Shown here: one piece after another, positions 18,492-31,734 of the stretch
Layout: every line of letters begins with the position of its first letter
Numbering within the stretch: position 1 is the first letter of the stretch
Assembly: GCF_054482595.1 (NCBI RefSeq)
Contig: NZ_JBTHVH010000001.1
Origin: a plasmid
DNA: 64,000 nt
Direction: 5' to 3' (one strand)
Notes under the pieces: generated by a model
The model's input: the letters and a program-made list of their open reading frames with translations, nothing else
Told to the model about the DNA's origin: nothing
Database searches by the model: none
Translations under genes and position numbers: made by a program

Positions 18492-19280
18492 TTACTGTGC
18501 CGCTTTGTTTAATTCATCAAGAACAGAATCAGGAACCAAAGCAGCAACTGCGCTGGCTGTGCTGGCCTTATTTGCTGATGCTTCCGCAAGCGCAGTACCG
18601 ATAGCATGGTTATAAGCAGTTATGGCTACATTGGCGCTTTCATTCGCTCGTTCATACTGCTGTTGTAACGCAGTTGTGGGTGCTGTTGTCTGGTTGAAAA
18701 CAACCCCAAACTGTTCAGTTGCTACTTTCAGAGATTCAATTTGCTCTTCTGTTAGTGCTGGTGGGGGAGTGGCAGTGCCGCCGCCTGAACCAGAGCCTGA
18801 CGAGCTTCCTGAGCCAGTGTTAAGGGTCTGGTTAATCTCCCCCATAGCAGCGACTAAACTTGATGTATTAAGCGCGTTTACAGCGTCCTCAAGCGATTTA
18901 GTAATAGTCACATCACCAATGGCAATAGAGATCGGCAGTTCTGAAACTTCTCGCTCATTAGCACGACAGTAAACATCCCAACCAATATCGAGTTGAAGGA
19001 GCATTGACAGATCAGCATAACCAGCCAACAGGTCCGCGTGCTTAGTTGCCAGTTCTCCAATGTTCGTTAAGCCGGTTGTGGTTGTTCTGATCGTTGAAAC
19101 ATAGCTGGTAATAGTGTCGGGATAGACAATTGTATCCAGAATTAATCCGGTCAATTCTTCTGCAAGCAGTTTTGCTGTGTTAGCACTGTTTCGTGCCGAT
19201 GTTATGGCACCAGGTGTTTTCATCCCACCGGCGGCGGCCAATTTTTTATATGCGGATAACTGGTAGTCTTTTTCCAGCAT
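18492..19280 (-). CDS. hypothetical protein with Gly/Ser-rich linker
   Basis: ATG at 19280 with AGGAG Shine-Dalgarno (track start 19337 would overlap the upstream gene). Confidence 0.45.
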   Translation of the reverse strand: MLEKDYQLSAYKKLAAAGGMKTPGAITSARNSANTAKLLAEELTGLILDTIVYPDTITSYVSTIRTTTTGLTNIGELATKHADLLAGYADLSMLLQLDIGWDVYCRANEREVSELPISIAIGDVTITKSLEDAVNALNTSSLVAAMGEINQTLNTGSGSSSGSGSGGGTATPPPALTEEQIESLKVATEQFGVVFNQTTAPTTALQQQYERANESANVAITAYNHAIGTALAEASANKASTASAVAALVPDSVLDELNKAAQ

Positions 19281-19288
19281 GATATCTC

Positions 19289-19573
19289 CTAACTTACCTG
19301 AACCAGGCCGTCTCCGGACGCTACGGTAGATCCGCATGAAACAGGGTCACCAACGCATACGATCCCTTTACCATTGACGGTAAACCATGCCCTGGTTGAT
19401 ATAGCTTGCCCACCGTGCGTACTGTTTCCATCGGTATGCTGTGCATATTGCTTACCATCAACTAACACTTCGACTCCGTTGACTTTAAGTAGTGCTTCAC
19501 TCTCTACAGGAGGCCTGGATGGGAATCCTCCGTGCCCCGAACAAATGCTGTCTTTTGTTGCAATACTTGCCAC
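19289..19573 (-). CDS. small PAAR-like protein (candidate spike-tip)
   Basis: 94 aa with repeated Gly-His-Gly-Gly and Cys-containing motifs. Confidence 0.35.
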   Translation of the reverse strand: MASIATKDSICSGHGGFPSRPPVESEALLKVNGVEVLVDGKQYAQHTDGNSTHGGQAISTRAWFTVNGKGIVCVGDPVSCGSTVASGDGLVQVS

Positions 19574-19654
19574 GTTATCACCAATTATTTGCTCTGATTT
19601 TCGTTATTTTAACTCAGGTTGTTTGTGGTCTACATGGAGTTCAACTATTGCAAA

Positions 19655-19672
19655 ATTGCTCTAATAAATATT
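19655..19672 (+). promoter_or_regulatory. C1 operator-like site
   Basis: ATTGCTCTAATAAATATT. Confidence 0.6.
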
Positions 19673-19742
19673 GTTTTTTATGTCGTATTTTCGGTACCAT
19701 TCAGCCATCGCCCTTCAATGGGCATTTGTTTGGAGTCGTCAG

Positions 19743-20027
19743 ATGCAGATGGAGCTAATAAGCCGCAAAGAGTTCGATAGCCGTGTAACCAGCGGTGAAC
19801 TCGACAACTTGCAGGCTATCAAGGTGAAAGAAGGCTTTTGCCTCATTGGGAATCAGAGCGGAACAAATCGCGTTTTTATGCTTCGCCGTACGGATTTGAA
19901 GCCATTTGTCTGGAAGAACGAAATTGGTCCCAGCTCATACGCTCAAACGAGGGGGTGCCACAACCTGGCCTTTTTCTACAAAGACGAGCTTTCTGTGGTT
20001 GATATTCAAGGGTTACAACATGTTTAA
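19743..20027 (+). CDS. small protein upstream of hrdC
   Basis: ATG at 19743 with GGAG Shine-Dalgarno; stop overlaps the hrdC start. Confidence 0.4.
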   Translation: MQMELISRKEFDSRVTSGELDNLQAIKVKEGFCLIGNQSGTNRVFMLRRTDLKPFVWKNEIGPSSYAQTRGCHNLAFFYKDELSVVDIQGLQHV

Positions 20028-20925
20028 GCACTGGAAAAACATTACTATTTATAAACTTTCTCGTGAGGCGGATCTGACCGACTTAGAAGATAAAAAGAAA
20101 ATGATCCTTTTCACACCATGCGGTAGTCAGGATATGGCCAAGTTCGGTTTTGTATCTCCATTTGGTGATAATTCCGAAGTTATCGCTATGCATGGAAATG
20201 GTTTTATCCTTGTTGAAGCAAAGCGCGAAACAAAAATTCTTCCCCCGCCGGTTATCCAGCGAGCTATTCAAGAAAAAATTGAAAAACTTGAGCAAGAACA
20301 AGCGCGTAAACTGAAGAAAACAGAGAAGGACTCCCTGAAAGACGAAGTTCTGCATTCTCTTCTGCCACGGGCTTTTTCAAAGTTTTCTGTTATCCAGGCG
20401 ATCTACGACGGTTCAACTAAACGTATCTATATCAATGCCAGCGCGCGGCAGGCAGAGGATATGCTCGCGCTTATGCGTAAGTCTCTGGGTTCTCTTCCTG
20501 TTGTTCCCCTGAGTGTTGAAAATCCCATTGAATTAACGCTGACCGACTGGGTACGTGATGGTAGTGCTCCACAGGGATTTCAAATGGGGGATGCGGCAGA
20601 ACTTAAGGCAGTGCTTGAGGATGGCGGTATTGCCCGAGTGAAAAAGCAGGATTTGGGAAGCGATGAAATTTCCACACACCTGGAAGCTGGCAAGCTCGTT
20701 ACTAAGTTGGCACTCGACTGGCAGAACCGCATTAAATTTACACTGGACCATAACTTCAGCCTTACCAGCGTCAAATTTGCGGATGAATTGCTTGAGCAGA
20801 ACTCTGATATTGATAGTGAAGATGTTGCGCAGCGACTGGACGCAGATTTCTTCCTGTTGACCAGTGAAATTTCGTGCCTGGTTGATGCTCTGGTAAATGC
20901 CCTTGGTGGAGAGGCTAAGCAGTGA
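20020..20925 (+). CDS. hrdC: RdgC-like recombination-associated protein
   Basis: 302 aa starting [16 protein letters not shown], resembling the RdgC N-terminus. Confidence 0.7.
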   Translation: MFKHWKNITIYKLSREADLTDLEDKKKMILFTPCGSQDMAKFGFVSPFGDNSEVIAMHGNGFILVEAKRETKILPPPVIQRAIQEKIEKLEQEQARKLKKTEKDSLKDEVLHSLLPRAFSKFSVIQAIYDGSTKRIYINASARQAEDMLALMRKSLGSLPVVPLSVENPIELTLTDWVRDGSAPQGFQMGDAAELKAVLEDGGIARVKKQDLGSDEISTHLEAGKLVTKLALDWQNRIKFTLDHNFSLTSVKFADELLEQNSDIDSEDVAQRLDADFFLLTSEISCLVDALVNALGGEAKQ

Positions 20926-23186
20926 AAGAGCTGTGCTATGGATCTGTTTGCAGTGGAATTGAAGCCGCGAGTATTGCCTGGGAACCGTTGGGTATGCGTC
21001 CGGCGTGGTTTGCTGAAATCGAGCCTTTTCCATCTGCCGTTCTTGCGCACCGCTGGCCCCATGTCGCCAACCTTGGCGACATGACAAAACTTGCCAAAAA
21101 AGTCCTGGCTGAGGAAATCGAATCCCCTGATGTGCTCGTCGGGGGTACGCCTTGTCAGGCATTCAGTATCGCGGGCTTACGTGGTGGGCTTGATGATGAA
21201 CGCGGCGCGCTAACTTTGAAGTATGTGGAGCTTGCAAATGCAATTGACGACAAACGGTCTGAGTCCTTCCTCAAACCGACAGTTATCGTCTGGGAAAATG
21301 TCCCAGGAGTCCTGTCATCGGCAGATAACGCCTTCGGATGTTTCCTTGCCGGATTGGCTGGAGAAGATGCGCCATTCGAACCAGGTGATCGACCTGAATC
21401 AGGAAAAAGTAACTCGTTCTGGCGGTGGGATGTCAAAACCGGTTGCCATGCTCCAAAGTGGCCGCAGTGTGGTTGTATTTATGGACCGCAGCGAAAGGTG
21501 GCCTGGAGAATCCTTGATGCCCAATACTTCGGAGTGGCACAACGACGCCGACGCGTGTTTGTTGTCGCAAGTGCTCGAACAGACCTCGATCCCGCAACGG
21601 TACTTTTTGAGTTCGAAGGCGTGCGCCGGAATATTGCGCCGAGCCGAAAAAAGAAGGAAATCGCTTCCGCCATTATTGCAAATGGCGCTGCAATCAGTGG
21701 CGAAAGCCTAAATCCATGCCTACACGCTGACATGCCACCCGGTATGAAATCGACGAAAGCCGTAAACGCTTTCAGGATGGCAGCATTTGGGGAATATATT
21801 GACGATGAAACCGCATCGACAGTAAAGGCAAGAGATTTTAAAGATGCCACTGACCTTGCCGTTTTTAGCAGCACAGGAGCAGGTTTTTGGTCAGAAGGGC
21901 ATGGTACATTGCGGGCACGTGAGCAAGAAAGCCATGAGCATCTTGTTACATTGGCTTTTCCTGAGCGTATGAGCGGTACACAACATGCTGCAACTAAGAA
22001 TACTTCACCATCTCTAATGGCTAAAAATCCAACAGCTGTTTGCTATGAAGTAAGAAACGCAGAAGTAGCTGTCCGCCGTCTTACCCCTGTCGAATGTGAA
22101 AGGCTGCAAGGTTTTCCTGATGGGCATACGTTGATCCCGACGGAAAAGCGTAAAAAAGTTAATTCAGATGAACTGGCATATCTTCGCAATCACTATCCAG
22201 ATTTAAGCGAAGAAGAGGCCGCGATGCTTGCAGCTGACGGACCGCGTTACAAAGCGATCGGCAATAGTATGGCAATACCAGTAATGCGCTGGATTGGCGA
22301 TCGGATTACTAAGGCCGTATGTCGGCAGAAAGAAGGAAGTGAAACAAAAGAGCGAAAAGTTAAACCAGCGGCAGAATTCGAACGGTCCATATTCAAATGG
22401 GCTGGTGGAAAATTTGGTGTTCTGGAACAAATCTTTCGCTATTTGCCAGAAGGGAAGCGCCTGATTGAACCTTTCGTTGGTGGCGGAGCTGTCTTCATGA
22501 ATGCCGGATACCAGGAAAATCTGCTAAATGATGTGAATGCTGACCTGATTAACTTTTACAAGACTCTGCAACGCGAGGCGAATTCACTTATCACTCTGGC
22601 ACATCGTTTCTTCCAGGACTACAACACACAGGAAGGATACCTGGCAGTACGGAATGCGTTTAACAAACAAGTCTATGATGATTTACATCGCGCAGCGGCG
22701 TTTTTGTTCCTGAACCGACATTGTTTTAACGGATTGACGCGTTACAACCAGGCCGGTGAGTTCAATGTCGGTTATGGGAAGTATAAAACTCCGTATTTCC
22801 CATTACAGGAGATGGAAGCCTTCCTCGGTGCGGAAGGGCGGTCTGAGTTTGTATGCGGTGATTTTGCAGCGGTGATTGAAGCTGCCGGAGAAGGAGATGT
22901 TATCTTTTGCGATCCGCCGTATGAACCGCTTCCAAATACAGAGGGATTCACGAACTATTCCGGTCATGACTTTAAGTTTGAAGAGCAAAAACGCCTGGTG
23001 TCTCTGTTGACGGATGCTCATCGTCGAGGTGCAAAGGTTCTCATTACTAACAGTGGCGCGCCAAACATCAGAGAGCTTTATCATGACAGTGGCTTCAGAG
23101 TGGAACCTCTTTTTGCCAGACGTTCTGTGTCTTGTAAGGGGGACACTCGAGGTGTAGCTCATGACGTTTTGGGCATATTGCTCTAA
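20922..23186 (+). CDS. dmt: fused DNA methyltransferase: N-terminal C5-cytosine MTase-like, C-terminal Dam-like N6-adenine MTase
   Basis: 754 aa; [11 protein letters not shown] and ENVPG motifs, then KWAGGK and DPPY motifs. Confidence 0.8.
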   Translation: MKELCYGSVCSGIEAASIAWEPLGMRPAWFAEIEPFPSAVLAHRWPHVANLGDMTKLAKKVLAEEIESPDVLVGGTPCQAFSIAGLRGGLDDERGALTLKYVELANAIDDKRSESFLKPTVIVWENVPGVLSSADNAFGCFLAGLAGEDAPFEPGDRPESGKSNSFWRWDVKTGCHAPKWPQCGCIYGPQRKVAWRILDAQYFGVAQRRRRVFVVASARTDLDPATVLFEFEGVRRNIAPSRKKKEIASAIIANGAAISGESLNPCLHADMPPGMKSTKAVNAFRMAAFGEYIDDETASTVKARDFKDATDLAVFSSTGAGFWSEGHGTLRAREQESHEHLVTLAFPERMSGTQHAATKNTSPSLMAKNPTAVCYEVRNAEVAVRRLTPVECERLQGFPDGHTLIPTEKRKKVNSDELAYLRNHYPDLSEEEAAMLAADGPRYKAIGNSMAIPVMRWIGDRITKAVCRQKEGSETKERKVKPAAEFERSIFKWAGGKFGVLEQIFRYLPEGKRLIEPFVGGGAVFMNAGYQENLLNDVNADLINFYKTLQREANSLITLAHRFFQDYNTQEGYLAVRNAFNKQVYDDLHRAAAFLFLNRHCFNGLTRYNQAGEFNVGYGKYKTPYFPLQEMEAFLGAEGRSEFVCGDFAAVIEAAGEGDVIFCDPPYEPLPNTEGFTNYSGHDFKFEEQKRLVSLLTDAHRRGAKVLITNSGAPNIRELYHDSGFRVEPLFARRSVSCKGDTRGVAHDVLGILL

Positions 23187-23204
23187 TAAATTTATTAGTG
23201 TAAT
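23177..23204. promoter_or_regulatory. overlapping pair of C1 operator-like sites in opposite orientation
   Basis: ATTGCTCTAATAAATTT overlapping AAATTTATTAGTGTAAT. Confidence 0.6.
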
Positions 23205-23366
23205 ATCGCCCCAATGAATCGTGATTTATAGAGCGATTTAGCTGTTAGCCGCGACAGGCGCGGCGGTAAGCATGGCTGGGCCTAGTCCTCCCAGACAAAC
23301 CACCGAGTTGCCAGGTTGACCATGCGCCTAAGTGGCAACGCCGAAGTGCGTTACGAGCTTCCAGTT

Positions 23367-23392
23367 TGCCCATCTTCGGGTGGGCGTTTTTT
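23367..23392 (+). terminator. rho-independent terminator
   Basis: GCCCATC-TTCG-GGTGGGC followed by GTTTTTT. Confidence 0.6.
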
Positions 23393-23858
23393 CAGGGTTT
23401 TCGTCATGGTTAGCGACTTTGCGGCGGTTTAGAAACTGACCATTAAAGTAAATGCAAACGATGATCTGATGATGGTAGCGGCCTAAGAAACCAGATGCCA
23501 CGGGGTATGAGTCGTCCCCCGTCAAAAAAATCGACCGCAGAGTGTCCCCGTCTGTGTATTAGGGAACGGGGAGGCACAACAGGTAAGGGCGCTGGTGTGA
23601 TTAACCAGATGAACGAGAAGGGGCCATCTGTTGGTCAGCGTCCTTTCCTGTTGCGTTTTCTTTTCAGCGTAACAGCGGTGCTTAACAGCACTTTGGGTAC
23701 AGTTCCACGAATTTACGGGTATATCCCGTCATGCTGAAGGCGCTAATCACGCTGGAAGCCAGGGTTGTGCATCCCCTGTTACCGAATTGCAGCCAGGGCG
23801 CGGTGCGCCGAAAAGCATACGGAGGTGGAAGCCCTCGCCGGAGACGTACCCGGCAAGT

Positions 23859-23934
23859 GATGGTGTAGCTCAGCGGTTAGAGCGGTTGACTGTTAATCAA
23901 CGGGTCGATGGTTCAAATCCATCCACCATCGCCA
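23859..23934 (+). tRNA. tRNA-Asn (anticodon GTT)
   Basis: Manual cloverleaf: acceptor GATGGTG/CACCATC, D arm GCTC-AGCGGTTA-GAGC, anticodon loop CTGTTAA, T arm GATGG-TTCAAAT-CCATC, CCA encoded. Confidence 0.85.
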
Positions 23935-23936
23935 AT

Positions 23937-24012
23937 GCCGGTTTAGCTCAGTTGGTAGAGCGCCTGCCTTGTAAGCAGGATGTCAGCGGTTCGAGTCCGT
24001 TAATCGGCACCA
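23937..24012 (+). tRNA. tRNA-Thr (anticodon TGT)
   Basis: Acceptor GCCGGTT/AATCGGC (one G-U), anticodon loop CTTGTAA, T loop TTCGAGT, CCA encoded. Confidence 0.8.
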
Positions 24013-24014
24013 GC

Positions 24015-24100
24015 ACAACAGGTAAGGGTATTTTGCGACGTCGGAGATCGCCGAGCTTGGCAGAGGGTTCGAATCCCTACGAAGTACCCTTACCGTTGTG
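24015..24100 (+). other. structured tRNA-like element: about 16-bp stem enclosing a T-loop-like GGTTCGAATCC core; not a canonical tRNA
   Basis: CACAACAGGTAAGGGTA pairs with TACCCTTACCGTTGTG; starts immediately after tRNA-Thr. Confidence 0.4.
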
Positions 24101-24744
24101 ATGAAGTGCAGCTCTTTGAAGCAACCAGAAGATAAGCATCTGGCTTCACAACATAAACCGCAGGAACGACCAATAAACGGTAGTCCGTATGGAGAACACC
24201 CCGTTGAGGAAGAGGCCTGGCCGGAACCGTAACCGGCACTACAACGTTGAGAACACTGGCGTAACGGGGTCATATCCCAATCTACGAATAAATGTTGCGT
24301 TGCAGCGTGACAACCAGTGTTCTCAACATTGTGGTGAATGCACAGGCTGATGTGCCGCAACTACAGTAGTGCGCGCTTTGCGGGGCTTGCTACAACCCTG
24401 TGTCGGAGTTCAGCACCGACCATCACAGTTTGATTCTCTGGCATGAGCATAACGCTGAAATAAGTCCAGCCTGGTGCGGCCCGATCACCCGCCGTTAGCT
24501 CCACGAAACGGAGCACGTAACAGGTAAGAGCATTCTCCTGTAACGGGTTCATATCCCAATCTACAGGTCCACCAAGAATGCTCTTTCCGTTGCGGTGAAT
24601 GCGGCTAAGCACACGCGGGGAAATGGTTATATCAGTCCATTCATTTCTCCTTGTTTCCCCGTCCACGGTGGATAACCAGCCAAAGGACACCGGGAGGCAC
24701 CCGGCACCGCAGCTTTTTTATTCGTTAAATAATGGAGTGAGAGG

Positions 24745-24981
24745 ATGCAGAACAATCCGAACAAATGTCGAACGCTATGGGTGCGGTTATATATTTATGC
24801 CGTCCTCTGTTTGATTGTGTCACTGGTTCTGTATGTTTGGCTTTTGCCAAATATGATCTCATCTAACAGCACAATACTTGTATTGTTGGGAGTCCTTCTC
24901 GCGCTCATTTACCCGGCTTTCGCAGTAGTCTTTTTTCGTGAAAAAACCAGGAAATTAATTAATGAAAAAAACGTTGATTAG
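24745..24981 (+). CDS. small membrane protein (two predicted TM helices)
   Basis: 78-aa ORF overlapping the start of the SPFH lipoprotein gene. Confidence 0.4.
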   Translation: MQNNPNKCRTLWVRLYIYAVLCLIVSLVLYVWLLPNMISSNSTILVLLGVLLALIYPAFAVVFFREKTRKLINEKNVD

Positions 24982-25789
24982 TGCAGCGATTATTTTGGGT
25001 TCTTTATGTCTGACCGGATGCGATCGGGTAGAGCCAGGTAACGTAGGGATCAAAGTAAATAAGCTGGGGGATGATAAAGGTATCGGTGAAGTAGTTGGCG
25101 TTGGTCGCTACTGGACAGGCTTGAATACTGAAGTTTATATCTTCCCGACCTTTAAGCAAATGAAGACATACGATGAGCCGTTCAGCTTCCAGATGAGCGA
25201 CGGAACAACCATTGGTTACCACATCGGCGTAGCCTACAAGGTTGATCCAGCAAAAGTCACAACGGTATTTCAGACCTATCGCAAAGGTGTAGATGATATT
25301 ACTGATACCGATCTACGCCAGAAGGTTGCAGATGCTCTGAACCGGTTAGCCAGCAAAATGACCACCGACAAATTTATCGACGGTGGCAAATCTGAATTGC
25401 TTGATGCAGCCCTTAAAGACATTCAGGAAGAAATGACGCCAATCGGCATTCAGGTGATGAGCCTCTCTTATGTAGGTAAGCCAGAATACCCGCCAACAGT
25501 TATTGACAGTATTAACGCCAAAGTCACGGCAAACCAAAAAACCCTGCAACGCGAGCAAGAGGTCAAACAACGTGAAGCAGAGGCCAACATGCTGCGCGCG
25601 GAAGCTGCCGGACAGGCTGATGCTATTCGCACAAAAGCCCAGGCCGAAGCTGATGCCATTCGTTTACGTGGTGAAGCTCTGCGCCAGAACCCCGGTGTTA
25701 TGGAGTTGGAAGCGATCAACAAATGGAACGGTACATTACCGCAGTATATGACCAGTAATACCGCTGTTCCGTTTGTTCCGGTGAAATAA
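24962..25789 (+). CDS. SPFH/band-7-like lipoprotein
   Basis: Lipobox LTGC; Ala/Glu/Gln-rich coiled coil near C-terminus. Confidence 0.55.
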   Translation: MKKTLISAAIILGSLCLTGCDRVEPGNVGIKVNKLGDDKGIGEVVGVGRYWTGLNTEVYIFPTFKQMKTYDEPFSFQMSDGTTIGYHIGVAYKVDPAKVTTVFQTYRKGVDDITDTDLRQKVADALNRLASKMTTDKFIDGGKSELLDAALKDIQEEMTPIGIQVMSLSYVGKPEYPPTVIDSINAKVTANQKTLQREQEVKQREAEANMLRAEAAGQADAIRTKAQAEADAIRLRGEALRQNPGVMELEAINKWNGTLPQYMTSNTAVPFVPVK

Positions 25790-25816
25790 AAGCGTAAGCA
25801 AAATTGGCAGTAATCC

Positions 25817-25892
25817 GGCCCTTTAGCTCAGTGGTTAGAGCTGGCGACTCATAATCGCACGGTCACCGGTTCAAGTCCGGTAGGGGCCACCA
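25817..25892 (+). tRNA. tRNA-Ile2 (anticodon CAT, lysidine type; Met not excluded)
   Basis: Sequence closely resembles E. coli ileX as recalled; acceptor GGCCCTT/AGGGGCC, anticodon loop CTCATAA, T loop TTCAAGT. Confidence 0.75.
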
Positions 25893-26172
25893 TATTTGGT
25901 TGTAACACGGCGTCTGGCACATGCGTCGTTAGCGGTCTGGTGACGTTAAAAGGGGGGAACCTTGCCCCTAGCTCAGGCAACGAACCAGGTAGCCGGAATG
26001 TGCAAGCCACCGTTTGTTGTTTCTCGGGTAAAGGGATTCACCATCCTGGCGATTCGGTGTGACAGCCGGGAAAAGTCCGGCGCATTAATCCTGATTTTCT
26101 GGTGATGACTCATATCGTTAGGAGTGATTTGAGTATGCCGATTATATCTGACATTCAGCACGCCTGGGTGGA

Positions 26173-27543
26173 GTGCTAATGTCTGCATCCCCTCTTGAAT
26201 CCATGCCAAATTCCCTTAGTGCAGAACAAGCTGTACTTGGTGGCTTAATGCTTGATAACTGCCGCTGGGATGAAGTTGCAGATCGTATAGTTGCTGATGA
26301 TTTTTATACCAGTGCTCATCGTGAAATTTTCAGTGAGATGGAGAGGTTATTAAGTCATGGCAAACCGATTGATTTGATAACACTTGCTGAAGCACTTGAA
26401 CAGAACGGTAAATTAGAACGCGCCGGTGGTTTTGCGTACCTTGCGGAGATGTCAAAGAACACGCCCAGCGCGGCAAATATTTGTGCTTATGCGGATATCG
26501 TTCGTGAACGCGCGGTTGTTCGTGAAATGATTTCCGTCGCAAATGAAATAGCCGAAGCTGGATATGCGCAGGATGGCAGGGGCAGCAATGAATTGCTGGA
26601 TATGGCCGAGCGTCGCGTTTTTGAAATAGCTGAAAAACGACAAAAGAGCGGTAGTGGTCCAAAAGATATCGCCAGCATTCTCGATGCGACGGTATCTCGC
26701 ATAGAAGAGTTGTTTCAGCGACCACATGATGGTGTAACGGGGCTTGATACGGGATTTACCGATCTCAATAAGAAGACGGCAGGGCTTCAGCCGTCCGATC
26801 TCATCATTGTCGCCGCCCGCCCATCTATGGGGAAGACCACGTTTGCGATGAATCTCGTCGAAAATGCCGCAGTTCGTAACGATAAGCCCGTATTGGTTTT
26901 TAGCCTTGAGATGCCGAGCCACCAGCTGATGATGCGCTCACTGGCTTCTCTTGCACGCGTTGATCAGACTCGTATTCGGACAGGGCAACTTAACGACGAG
27001 GATTGGGCGCGGGTTTCTGGCGCAATGGGTATTCTGTTGGACAAGCAGAATATTTTTATTGATGACTCAAGCGCCCTGACGCCGACAGAGCTACGTTCCC
27101 GCGCTCGTCGTGTTTATAAAGAAAATGGTGGTTTGAGCATGATTATGATCGACTACCTGCAACTTATGCGCGTCCCCGAGCTGCAAGATAACCGAACGCT
27201 GGAAATTGCCGAGATTTCTCGCTCACTGAAGGCGTTGGCGAAGGAATTACAAGTACCGGTGGTGGCATTGTCACAACTTAATCGATCGCTTGAACAGCGT
27301 GCGGACAAACGACCGGTAAATTCAGATTTACGTGAATCAGGAGCAATTGAGCAGGACGCAGACCTGATTATGTTTCTGTATCGCGACGAAGTTTATCACC
27401 CGGATAGCGAAATGAAGGGCATTGCCGAGGTAATTATCGGAAAGCAACGAAATGGCCCAATTGGCACGGTGAGATTGGCTTTTAACGGCCAATACTCACG
27501 GTTTGATAACTATGCCGGTGCTGACTGGCAAGAGGATTATTAA
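26173..27543 (+). CDS. ban: DnaB-like replicative helicase
   Basis: 456 aa; Walker A GKTTFA; DnaB-family C-terminal block. Confidence 0.85.
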   Translation: MLMSASPLESMPNSLSAEQAVLGGLMLDNCRWDEVADRIVADDFYTSAHREIFSEMERLLSHGKPIDLITLAEALEQNGKLERAGGFAYLAEMSKNTPSAANICAYADIVRERAVVREMISVANEIAEAGYAQDGRGSNELLDMAERRVFEIAEKRQKSGSGPKDIASILDATVSRIEELFQRPHDGVTGLDTGFTDLNKKTAGLQPSDLIIVAARPSMGKTTFAMNLVENAAVRNDKPVLVFSLEMPSHQLMMRSLASLARVDQTRIRTGQLNDEDWARVSGAMGILLDKQNIFIDDSSALTPTELRSRARRVYKENGGLSMIMIDYLQLMRVPELQDNRTLEIAEISRSLKALAKELQVPVVALSQLNRSLEQRADKRPVNSDLRESGAIEQDADLIMFLYRDEVYHPDSEMKGIAEVIIGKQRNGPIGTVRLAFNGQYSRFDNYAGADWQEDY

Positions 27544-28541
27544 TGCAATGGAATGAGGAAAAGCCGATGAACATCCTGATCATTGGGCGAAAATTTGCAG
27601 CCATCAGTGATGTGAAAACATATACGGAAATGTGGTCTTATAACCTGGCCTGCGCCTTTAGTGAGGCAGGGGTAACATTGCAATACCATCGTCCATATTC
27701 CCCTGGCGTCGAAAGCCCCGAGGATTATGTTGAAGCTGTGTTGACTGCTGCGACAGCATGTTCTGCGAAGGCCATTTTGGCACCAGGATTGAGGTATTTT
27801 ACTACGGTACCCAGGGAAATAGGCATGCAACTGTGTCGCCGATTCTCTGGATGGGTAGCCCAGGTATATGACGGTTCTATGCTGGATTCGGCACCAGTCG
27901 ATATTACTTTTACTGTCCGCGATGATACCTGGCGGTACCTGGATAATCCAGGCAGGTTAGAGCGTCATAATCGTTTTAACAAACATGTTGGATGGGCAGC
28001 GAATCAGGATCTGTTCCATCTGGAAACCAAAACAGACGATGTTCTGCGTATTTTTGTAGACCACGCTGCATTTGATGTTAGTGGTTTTGATCACTCCTTA
28101 AGTATCCTTATGAACCTTCAGCGTCTGACCGTTCCGTATGAGGCCAGAACGTTGACTGATGACGGATTGGTTACCATTGATCCGGGGAATATTTCGGTAA
28201 CTCCATACAGGCGGACGCCGGTGCCAGCAACCGAATTTGCAGCTGAATTGCGTAAGAGTGACGTTTTTATCGTTACGCATCCCGAAAGCCTTGGATTAAC
28301 TGTTCTTGAGGCGGCAATGTGCGGGGCGTTGGTATTAACGCCTCCCGATTGCCTTCCGCCAGATCGCCTGGCTTTGGTGAACCATATGGTTATCAAGTCG
28401 CGGATTGATTGGGATGAGGTTATTGCTCGCGTTGATCGCGTGAAAAATGCTGAAAAGGTCCAGTGTCACACCTGGTCGGCAATTGCGGAAAAGATGCTTG
28501 AGACGTTTATCACGCAGAAACCGTCGTGCGGTAACGGATAA
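27543..28541 (+). CDS. glycosyltransferase-like protein (GT-B type C-terminal motif)
   Basis: ESLGLTVLEAAMCGALVL resembles the E-x7-E region of family-1-type glycosyltransferases. Confidence 0.4.
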   Translation: MQWNEEKPMNILIIGRKFAAISDVKTYTEMWSYNLACAFSEAGVTLQYHRPYSPGVESPEDYVEAVLTAATACSAKAILAPGLRYFTTVPREIGMQLCRRFSGWVAQVYDGSMLDSAPVDITFTVRDDTWRYLDNPGRLERHNRFNKHVGWAANQDLFHLETKTDDVLRIFVDHAAFDVSGFDHSLSILMNLQRLTVPYEARTLTDDGLVTIDPGNISVTPYRRTPVPATEFAAELRKSDVFIVTHPESLGLTVLEAAMCGALVLTPPDCLPPDRLALVNHMVIKSRIDWDEVIARVDRVKNAEKVQCHTWSAIAEKMLETFITQKPSCGNG

Positions 28542-28562
28542 AAAATTGAACCCGTCATAACA

Positions 28563-28587
28563 GAAAAGCCCGAACGCCGGGCTTTTC

Positions 28588-28590
<3 letters not shown>
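28563..28590. terminator. bidirectional rho-independent terminator between convergent genes
   Basis: AAAGCCCG-AACG-CCGGGCTTT with flanking T/A runs. Confidence 0.6.

Positions 28591-31734
<3,144 letters not shown>

Noticed and set aside
24015-24100. Possible third canonical tRNA immediately after tRNA-Thr
   Set aside because: It has a perfect T-loop-like core but the acceptor, D and anticodon arms cannot be drawn as a 7/4/5-bp cloverleaf; instead a roughly 16-bp terminal stem forms. Retained only as a tRNA-like structured element.
23787-24690. ORFs 23787-24101, 23983-24360, 24361-24690 and 24599-24814
   Set aside because: They overlap the tRNA genes and structured RNA elements on both strands, and the products are low-complexity; the region is better explained as non-coding.
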